Shown here: positions 1 to 7,484 of the stretch, in pieces
Layout of the letters: each line of letters starts with the position of its first letter
How positions within the stretch are numbered: position 1 is the stretch's first letter
Assembly: GCA_020637365.1 (NCBI GenBank)
Contig: JACJWE010000002.1
Location: 280,499-344,498 of the forward strand
Length of the DNA: 64,000 bases
Reading direction: 5' to 3'
Source: Acidimicrobiia bacterium
GTDB taxonomy: Bacteria > Actinomycetota > Acidimicrobiia > IMCC26256 > JAGNEX01
Made by a program: the position numbers and the translations under genes
Notes under the pieces: generated by a model
What the model saw: the letters and a program-made list of their open reading frames with translations, nothing else
Databases searched by the model: none
What the model was told of the DNA's origin: nothing

Positions 1-819
<819 letters not shown>

Positions 820-828
820 TCATGGCGC

Positions 829-856
829 CGATCGGGGCCCCATCGGGGCCCCATCG
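829..856. repeat. 11-bp direct repeat, about 2.5 copies (gatcggggccc / catcggggccc / catcgg). Each full unit contains the palindrome GGGGCCCC.
   Basis: Read directly. It lies between the 3' end of the carrier-protein gene and the groEL promoter region. Confidence 0.7.
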
Positions 857-905
857 GACACATCGACGGGTCGCACGGAGCCGACCCCGCACACCACGTC
901 GTGCG

Positions 906-1181
906 CTACCCCCCCGCGACTGCGGGCACGATGCTCAACACTTGACCCTCGGCGACCGCCGTGTCGGCGCCATCGAGAAACCGAATGTCCTCTTCGGCAA
1001 CGTAGATGTTGACAAAGCGGCGTAGATTGCCGTCGGCGTCGTGAAGCCGGTCGTGAAAGCCCGGATGGGCGTCGTTCAAGGCGACGAGTATCTCTGCGAC
1101 GGTGACCCCGTCGACCTGCACCTCGGCGGCGCCTTCGGACAAGTTGCGGAGCGCGGTTGGAATTCGAACGGTAACTGCCAT
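906..1181 (-). CDS. MoaD/ThiS-family sulfur-carrier protein (91 aa) ending in Gly-Gly
   Basis: Internal start of ORF 906..1274. MAVTVRIPTALRNLSEGAAEVQVDGVTVAEILVALNDAHPGF...GQVLSIVPAVAGG has the beta-grasp carrier pattern and a C-terminal GG. A GAGGAG SD lies 7 nt upstream of ATG 1181, and the gene starts 5 nt after the upstream stop. Confidence 0.8.
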   Translation of the reverse strand: MAVTVRIPTALRNLSEGAAEVQVDGVTVAEILVALNDAHPGFHDRLHDADGNLRRFVNIYVAEEDIRFLDGADTAVAEGQVLSIVPAVAGG

Positions 1182-1185
1182 CTTC

Positions 1186-2433
1186 TTACTCCTCGATCTG
1201 AAACGCTTCGTTGAAAGCGTCGAGAGTCGGCGCGATGGTAGCGGTCGGCCCCACCACCGGTTGCACAGCCTCAAGGGTCTTCAGGCCATGACCGGTGACA
1301 TAGGCAACAACCTTCTCATCGGGCCGGATCACACCCTGTTCGGTCAGTGTCTTCAGGGTCGCGATCGTGACGCCAGCGGCGGTTTCACCGAAGATGCCCT
1401 CGGTCTCGGCCAACAGGCGGATACCCTCCACGACCTCATCATCGCTGATCGCAGCCATCCCGCCGCCGCTTTGACGAACGACGTCGAGAGCGAAATAACC
1501 GTCGGCCGGGTTGCCGATCGCTAGGGATTTGGCGATCGTGTTCGGCTTCACGGGTTTGATCGTGTCGGTGCCTTCGAGGAACGCCGTCGCGACTGGTGAA
1601 CAACCTTCTGAATCGGCCCCCGACATACGCACGTCGGCGGGACCATCGATAAGGCCGACCTTGACGAGCTCTTCAAACCCCTTCTTGATCTTGGTGAGCA
1701 GCGAGCCGGACGCCACCGGAACGACGCAGTGATCGGGCAGCTGCCAGCCAAGCTGTTCGACGGTCTCATAGGCGAGAGTCTTTGAGCCCTCGGCATAGAA
1801 CGGACGCACGTTGACGTTGACGAACGCCCAGGGATACGTGCCAGCGAGCTCGGCGCAGAGACGATTGACGTCGTCGTAGGAGCCGTCGATCGCCACCAGG
1901 TTGCCACCGTAGACAGCCGACGTGGTGACCTTGCCCGCCTCCAGATCGGAGGGGATAAACACATAGGAGTCAAGGCCAGCGTGAGCGGAATGCGCAGCGA
2001 CGGAGTTGGCGAGGTTGCCCGTGCTGGCGCATGCCGCTGTCTTAAACCCGAAGTTGACAGCCTTCGACAAAGCGACCGTCACGACTCGATCCTTGAACGA
2101 GTTGGTCGGATTGAGTGTGTCGTTCTTGATCCACAGGTCGCTGAGCCCCAGCACTTCGCCGAGACGGTGAGCGCGAACCAGCGGGGTGAACCCGGCCCCC
2201 ATATCGATCAGCGGCTCCCGCGGCGTGGGCAGCAACGGCTCGTAGCGCCAGATCGATGACGGGCCCGCTGCAATCGATTCGCGGGTGATCACCGATGCGA
2301 TCGCGTCATAGTCGTAGGCGACCTCTAAAGGCCCGAAGCACCACTCACAAACGTGAATCGGGGCGATTTCATATTCGTGTCCGCACTCTCGACATCGAAG
2401 CGCGCGCACAAAGTCGGCATGCGTTGCAGCCAT
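1186..2433 (-). CDS. Threonine-synthase-like PLP enzyme with an N-terminal Cys4 zinc ribbon. Possibly a MetM-type homocysteine-forming enzyme.
   Basis: 415 aa. It has CRECGHEYEIAPIHVCEWCFGPLEV followed by the ThrC-family fold (NPTNSFKDR PLP-lysine motif). It is preceded by a SAM-I riboswitch and followed by the GG-carrier gene. Confidence 0.85.
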   Translation of the reverse strand: MAATHADFVRALRCRECGHEYEIAPIHVCEWCFGPLEVAYDYDAIASVITRESIAAGPSSIWRYEPLLPTPREPLIDMGAGFTPLVRAHRLGEVLGLSDLWIKNDTLNPTNSFKDRVVTVALSKAVNFGFKTAACASTGNLANSVAAHSAHAGLDSYVFIPSDLEAGKVTTSAVYGGNLVAIDGSYDDVNRLCAELAGTYPWAFVNVNVRPFYAEGSKTLAYETVEQLGWQLPDHCVVPVASGSLLTKIKKGFEELVKVGLIDGPADVRMSGADSEGCSPVATAFLEGTDTIKPVKPNTIAKSLAIGNPADGYFALDVVRQSGGGMAAISDDEVVEGIRLLAETEGIFGETAAGVTIATLKTLTEQGVIRPDEKVVAYVTGHGLKTLEAVQPVVGPTATIAPTLDAFNEAFQIEE

Positions 2434-2516
2434 AGCGGTATCTCTCCTCGTGGTTACGGCATTACGTAGTTCCGCTGCGCTCTGATCGAGCCGTCCACGA
2501 GCTGGCTGCTCGCTGA

Positions 2517-2662
2517 GCTCATCGTTCAGGCATTGGCACCATGCTGCAGCCGGCCCCGTCCCTCACCGCTCGGAGATTGCTCCTACACTGGCTCGGGCCG
2601 ATTCCGTATGCGCTGGTTGCCGCGGCGTCGTCGGGCCTGTCCCTCGACCGCTCTCGATGAGC
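2517..2662 (-). promoter_or_regulatory. SAM-I (S-box) riboswitch aptamer in the leader of the ThrC-like/carrier operon
   Basis: Minus-strand RNA: GCUCAUC-GAGAGCGGUCGAGGGACAGGCCCGACGACGCCGCGGCAACC...(long P3)...GGUGCCAAUGCCUGAAC-GAUGAGC. P1 (GCUCAUC/GAUGAGC), the GAGGGA...GGCCC kink-turn/P2 core, GCAACC and GGUGCCAAU all match the SAM-I consensus. Downstream, CUCGUGG can pair with CCACGAG abutting the GAGGAG SD. Confidence 0.8.
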
Positions 2663-2720
2663 GCATTGGTTCGGTAGATGGTGCCATGCCGCCAAGGACA
2701 GAACAAACCGCTTCCCAAAG

Positions 2721-3676
2721 TTGTTCATGCCAGTACACCGACGCGCCGACGATCCTGATGTTCGCCCCACCGCCACAGATGGTGGCCTCGGCGCGTCGCG
2801 CCGTTCTCTACCACCGCAGGCCCGACCTACCGTCTCGGTCATCATCCCATGTCAGAACGAGGCTCCGACCGTCGCCGCCATCGCCTCGTGCATTCGTCGT
2901 GAACTCGTCGAACGTGAACAACTCGTCGACGAGGTCATCGTCATGGACGATGGATCCACCGACGACACTGCAGCTGTCGCCGCTGCGGCGGGCGCCAAAG
3001 TCATCGCGGTCGACTCGGTACTGCCAGAGCTGATCGCCGGATCCGGCAAAGGGAACGTGCTGTGGAAGTCCCTATTCGCCAGCTACGGCGACGTCATCTG
3101 TTGGGTGGACGGCGACATCCGCAACTTTGAAGCGCACTTCGTCCGCAATCTGATCCTGCCCTCATCGACGATCCAACCCTCTGCTTCGTCAAGGCCTACT
3201 ACCAGCGTCCCTACGAAAACCTGCCCCAAGGGGGCGGACGTGTCACCGAGTTGGTGGCCCGGCCGATGATCTCGCGGTACTTCCCCGAACTCTCCGGGAT
3301 CCGCCAGCCACTCTCCGGCGAATACGCGGGACGACGCAGCGCGCTCGAAGCGGTGCCTTTCGTCGAAGGTTGGGGCGTCGAGATGGGGCTACTCATCGAT
3401 ATTGCTCGCGAGTTCGGCGTCGAATCGATTGCTCAGGCCGACCTGGGGGTGCGACGGCACCGAAACCGAGCCCTCCACGAACTCACACCGCAGGCAGCGG
3501 CGATTATCAACGTAATGTTGCGCCGAGCAGGGTGCGAGGCCACCGGTCAGAGCGAACAGGTCGTCCGGCTGCTACCCGACGGGAGTCTGGAGTGGGTTCC
3601 GGTAGAAAGTCGTGAACGCCCGCCAGCAGCCTCGGTCCAACAACCGAGCGCCTGCGCCGAACGCCCCACCTCCTAA
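2721..3676 (+). pseudogene. gpgS: Glucosyl-3-phosphoglycerate synthase, split by an apparent 1-nt frameshift at C-run 3159-3161. This may be an assembly error.
   Basis: ORF 2721..3269 carries VSVIIPCQNEA...VMDDGSTDDT...GKGNVLWKS...WVDGDI (GT-A/GT81). ORF 3251..3676 carries GGGRVTELVARP...LSGEYAGRR...GWGVEMGLLID...HRNR. One extra C restores NLILPLIDDPTLCFVKAYYQRP. Confidence 0.8.
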
Positions 3677-3678
3677 GA

Positions 3679-3770
3679 GGGTCAGCGGTAGGGACTGACC
3701 CGACTGATGCTCGGTTGTGCATGTCCCGCTCATGCAGCTTGCGCTGCGGGGCGCTCGGGCCACGGCTCGG
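3679..3770. repeat. Conserved intergenic element, copy A (hairpin GGGTCAG-N9-CTGACCC plus core CGCTCATGCAGCTTG-N8-GGCGCTCGG)
   Basis: It shares an identical 15-nt core with 14136-14150 and 20957-20971, and aligns over about 90 nt with copy B. It lies between convergent genes, just after the stop of the minus-strand transporter gene. Confidence 0.8.
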
Positions 3771-3776
3771 CGCCAT

Positions 3777-5177
3777 TTACGTCGCCGTAGTGATCGGCTC
3801 CCCGGTGATGTCGACGCCTTCTTCGGCATCTTTCTTTTCGATCTCGGCTTTTTCTTCGTCCCAAACCGGGTCTTGGCCCAGGACGACACGTCGCCAGAGA
3901 TGACCGCCGATGATCTTGGCGGTGGCGGTCGCAGGTACAGCGATGAGGAGTCCAAAAAACCCGGCGAGCGTGCCTCCGAGCAAGAGTGCGACCATCACCG
4001 CGACAGGGTGCAGATGAACGGTGCGATGCATCACGTACGGACTGATGATGTGGTTGTCGAGCTGTTGGACGACGACCATGACCACGACGACGAGCGCTGC
4101 CTGAACCGGTGTGCCCGTGGTGAGAGCGATCGCCAAGCCGGGGATTCCACCGATCCATGGGCCGATCAACGGGATCATGTTGAACAGGCCAGCGATCATT
4201 CCCACGACCAGCCACAGGTCGAGGCCGATGAGCCATAGACCGATCGAGGACATGATCCCCACCACCAGAGCGACAAAGAGCTGACCTCGGAAAAACCCAC
4301 CGACCGCCGAGCCGATGTGACGTGCCATATACACGATGTCTCGATCCATGGGTGAGGGCAACAAATCGAGCGAGATCTGACGCAAACGGGGCAGATCGAT
4401 CAGGAAGTAGAACGCAAAGATCGGGGCGAGGACCAAAATGAGCAGTACATCAACCACCCGGGAACCAATTTCGCGAGCCGTCGCGATCTGATCGCCGACC
4501 GAGACGTCGGTGCTTTGCGCCTCGTCGATGATGTCTTGAACGGTCAGATCCAGCGGAGACTTGGCGAGCCATTCATCAGCCTTCGACTCCAGTTCTGAGC
4601 GAAGGCAGATATCGGAATCGTCATCCGAGGTTGAGCCATCCGAGCTCGATGCATCGGTGGTGGTCGCCTCATCCGAAGCCCTGGTGGGCGACGTTGTCAC
4701 AGTGGAACGTCGGGCGGCCGTAGTGGTTGGAGTAGCGCCGTCAGCTTCGGAATCGGTCTCATCGGGTGTGTCGTGACACTCCCACGATTTGGAGAGTTCA
4801 TCGACCTGGTGGGTGATCATCGGGCTGACGAGCAAAATGATCAGCACCAAACCGAGGAGAACCCCCAGATACGCGACCCCTGTCCCGACGAGACGGGGCA
4901 AGCCCCGGCGGTGCAGGAACGACACGATCGGGTTCAACAAAAAGACCAACGCGCCAGCGATGATCAACGGCGGAAGGATCGGCGCAAAATGCCAAAAGAT
5001 CCAGACGATCGCGCCGGTCGCGGCCAAGATGCCCACGATCGCCCAAGCGACTCTGCCGATTCGCATGATCCGATCCGACGCGGTTTCTTGGTCCTCTTGA
5101 CTCCCGTTCATCTCTGCCTGGTCAGCGGGTACTGATCCACCGTCTGGGTCGGCTGAAACATGTCGGTCCGAGCTCAC
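3777..5177 (-). CDS. AI-2E family (PerM/YhhT-like) transporter with a low-complexity acidic/Ser/Thr insertion
   Basis: 466 aa with multiple TM segments. The pattern ...FAPILPPLIIAGALVFLLNPIVSFLHRRGLPR... and a C-terminal LLIAVPATATAKII are typical of the family. Confidence 0.75.
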   Translation of the reverse strand: MSSDRHVSADPDGGSVPADQAEMNGSQEDQETASDRIMRIGRVAWAIVGILAATGAIVWIFWHFAPILPPLIIAGALVFLLNPIVSFLHRRGLPRLVGTGVAYLGVLLGLVLIILLVSPMITHQVDELSKSWECHDTPDETDSEADGATPTTTAARRSTVTTSPTRASDEATTTDASSSDGSTSDDDSDICLRSELESKADEWLAKSPLDLTVQDIIDEAQSTDVSVGDQIATAREIGSRVVDVLLILVLAPIFAFYFLIDLPRLRQISLDLLPSPMDRDIVYMARHIGSAVGGFFRGQLFVALVVGIMSSIGLWLIGLDLWLVVGMIAGLFNMIPLIGPWIGGIPGLAIALTTGTPVQAALVVVVMVVVQQLDNHIISPYVMHRTVHLHPVAVMVALLLGGTLAGFFGLLIAVPATATAKIIGGHLWRRVVLGQDPVWDEEKAEIEKKDAEEGVDITGEPITTAT

Positions 5178-5262
5178 GGACCAAACGATAGCCGCCGCAC
5201 GGTATGACTCCGCAGCCTGGCCCCTTCGAGGTTGACCACGGAGAATGAGGCGGCGGAAAGCA

Positions 5263-6306
5263 CTAGCCAGCCAAGAAGCGCCTTCCCAGGTCGAGTGCTG
5301 CCTCTTCGGTCAGGAGTTCCGCGCGGGTGAAGGCATCTTCTTCATCGAATGCTCGGCCCATCAGATCGGACACTGCGATGTCGGGTGCGAGCTCGACGTC
5401 GGGTGCGAGCTCGACGTTGGGGTCGACTCGACCGACGATCACCCCACAGTGCGCAACGGCGTACTCACGTGCCAACTCGATGACGTTGCCGACGACCTTG
5501 CCTTCCAGGGAGGCTGCATCTAGCCGACCCTCGCCGGTGAGGACGATCTCGGCGTCCTCGAGCATCTGGTCGAGGCGAGTCGCTTCTGCAACCACTTCGA
5601 AACCTGGGACGAGTTCGGCGCCGATGGCCGCCAGTCCGCCAGCCAGACCGCCAGCGGCACCGGCACCCGGAAGGTGAGCGATGTCGGTCCCGCAACGTTG
5701 TTGATAGAGCAGGGCCAAACGTTCCAAACGGCGTTCAAGCAACGCCACCTGCGCCTCGGTTGCCCCTTTCTGCGGGGCGAACGTTGTCGCCGCCTCGACG
5801 AACGTCGCGGTCACATCGCAGGCGACCGTGACCTTCAAACCGGCGAGACTCCAGCCGAGCGCATCCAAAGCGGGCAGACCACCGTCGGTGCATGCCGTAC
5901 CTCCAACCCCGACGATGATCTCGCGAGCGCCGCCGCGTTGTGCTGCTGCGATGAGTTCGCCAACCCCCCGCGACGTCGCTTGGAGCGCATCGTTGGCGCC
6001 GTCGACCAAGGAGATCCCCGCAGCCTGAGCAGATTCGACCACCGCGACCGAGCCTGGGAGTATGCCGAGCGAGGCGGTTACTTGACGCCCGGTGGGTCCT
6101 GTCACTTTCACCGGTCGAGCCGAACCACCTCGCGCCGAGAGCAGGGCGTCAAGGGTGCCTTCACCACCATCGGCGAGCGGCAGGACTGCGACTCCTGTCG
6201 CTCCCGCCCGCTTGATACCCGATCGCATGGCGGCGGCGGCCTGCGGAGCGGTCATCGACCCCCGAAACTTGTCGGGACAACACAGAACGCGGGGCCGTTT
6301 TGGCAA
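5263..6306 (-). CDS. Glycerate kinase family protein
   Basis: 347 aa. CPDKFRGSMTAPQAAAAM...LPLADGGEGTLDAL...VGVGGTACTDGG...GAAGGLAGGL match the glycerate kinase (GlxK/GarK) family. Confidence 0.8.
   Translation of the reverse strand: MPKRPRVLCCPDKFRGSMTAPQAAAAMRSGIKRAGATGVAVLPLADGGEGTLDALLSARGGSARPVKVTGPTGRQVTASLGILPGSVAVVESAQAAGISLVDGANDALQATSRGVGELIAAAQRGGAREIIVGVGGTACTDGGLPALDALGWSLAGLKVTVACDVTATFVEAATTFAPQKGATEAQVALLERRLERLALLYQQRCGTDIAHLPGAGAAGGLAGGLAAIGAELVPGFEVVAEATRLDQMLEDAEIVLTGEGRLDAASLEGKVVGNVIELAREYAVAHCGVIVGRVDPNVELAPDVELAPDIAVSDLMGRAFDEEDAFTRAELLTEEAALDLGRRFLAG
5380..5415. repeat. 18-bp tandem duplication inside the glycerate kinase gene (encodes VELAPD x2)
   Basis: gtcgggtgcgagctcgac occurs twice in perfect tandem. 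Confidence 0.9.
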
Positions 6307-6324
6307 CGATCGACTCGGAACGAC

Positions 6325-6993
6325 CTAGCCGATGACCACAATGATGTCGGCATCGCCCTCTTCGTTGCTGTCAGAAGACAGCGTTTGACCGTTGAGAGCC
6401 TCGAACTTGACTTCGCTTTCAGCCATCGCCTCGCCGATCGCCTTCGCGGCGACACGAGCGTCTGCGTCAGAGATCGTGGACGGGTTGTAGTACACCCAGG
6501 TTTGATCGACCTGCGTCGCTGCGTTCGCGGCGGTTAACACGTCGTACCCACTCTTTTCAAGCGTCGTTGCCAGCGTCCCGGCGGCCCCGGCCTCACCAGT
6601 CCCGTTCAGGACCAGGATGGCAGTCTCGCCGGGCGCCTTCCCGCTGGGCGGCCCTTGGGTTGCGGACTCGGTCGTCTGAGTCGCGGTGTCATCTTCGGCC
6701 AGCGTGGTCGTTGACGCCGAGATCGTCACGGTGCTCAACGACGGGTTGGTCTGAATCGTGATCGTGTCGTTGTCGTCGGTCGTCGTTGTCGCCGTGGTCT
6801 GGGGAGACTGCGCGACCGGTTCCGAGTCGGCTCCCCGACTCGGGTCGGTGAACTGCAACAGCAGCCAGGCCAGAACGATGGCGAAGCCGATGAGAAGCGC
6901 TCCACGTACAAGCGACACGGCCGTGTTCTGGGTATTGGACATGTATGTGCTCCGGTTTGACGCTTTCGGACGGTCGGCGCTGCCAGATGGCAC
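6325..6993 (-). CDS. LytR_C-domain membrane-anchored protein
   Basis: It has an N-terminal TM (ALLIGFAIVLAWLLL), a Thr-rich linker and a C-terminal ILVLNGTGEAGAAGTLATTLEKSGYDVL...QTWVYY. The start may be the internal ATG at 6942. Confidence 0.65.
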   Translation of the reverse strand: MPSGSADRPKASNRSTYMSNTQNTAVSLVRGALLIGFAIVLAWLLLQFTDPSRGADSEPVAQSPQTTATTTTDDNDTITIQTNPSLSTVTISASTTTLAEDDTATQTTESATQGPPSGKAPGETAILVLNGTGEAGAAGTLATTLEKSGYDVLTAANAATQVDQTWVYYNPSTISDADARVAAKAIGEAMAESEVKFEALNGQTLSSDSNEEGDADIIVVIG

Positions 6994-7166
6994 ACGCGCC
7001 TACCGAACTTTGTTGTCGTGTCGACCGTCCTGCCGTCGACGTCGTTGTGCCGTCGATTCGTGTGTCTCGACAGTGTTGGGCCGATAGCGAGGTATTGCCT
7101 GCACCCTGTCGAGTCCGCCAGGTCATCGGGCCGCAGGAACCGACCCAGATGTACCTGTGCGTGTAG

Positions 7167-7240
7167 AGCCGGAGGTCGGATTCGAACCGACGACCTGACG
7201 ATTACAAGTCGTCTGCGCTACCAGACTGCGCCACTCCGGC
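7167..7240 (-). tRNA. tRNA-Thr (anticodon UGU)
   Basis: Minus strand: GCCGGAGTGGCGCAGTCTGGTAGCGCAGACGACTTGTAATCGTCAGGTCGTCGGTTCGAATCCGACCTCCGGCT. It folds as a cloverleaf with a 7-bp acceptor stem, anticodon loop CTTGTAA and a GGTTCGAATCC T-arm. CCA is not encoded. Confidence 0.9.
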
Positions 7241-7484
7241 AATCGCCGTACATGCTAACCGGCGCGCACCAGCGAACGGTTCACCCTCATCGCGTTCGCC
7301 GCGCAGGCCAATCGCAACCTCAACGTCGGTTGGTCGTTCCCGCTCCCGTTGGCGGACTACGTCAACCCCAACACATCGATCGGCCACGCGGGCAGACACG
7401 GGGCAGAGACGCGAGCCGACGGGCAGGCAGAGCGGGCGTCACAAGGCCCACGCCGAGCGCCTTCGCTCCTGGCACGTCAACCGA

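Noticed and set aside
3715-3903. Short peptides encoded across the repeat core (..SRSCSL.. on plus, ..KLHER.. on minus), raising the possibility that the repeat is a small conserved ORF
   Set aside because: Amino-acid similarity does not extend beyond the nucleotide-identical core. The frames hit stops at different places in each copy (copy C has TGA inside the core frame). Starts and SDs are not conserved.
7241-7484. 244-nt unannotated stretch next to tRNA-Thr(UGU). It contains a start-less frame reading ..FTLIAFAAQANRNLNVGWSFPLPLADYVNPNTSIGHAG.., considered as a gene remnant or integration scar.
   Set aside because: It has no start codon, no recognisable homology, and no integrase, direct repeat of the tRNA 3' end or other mobile-element hallmark nearby.
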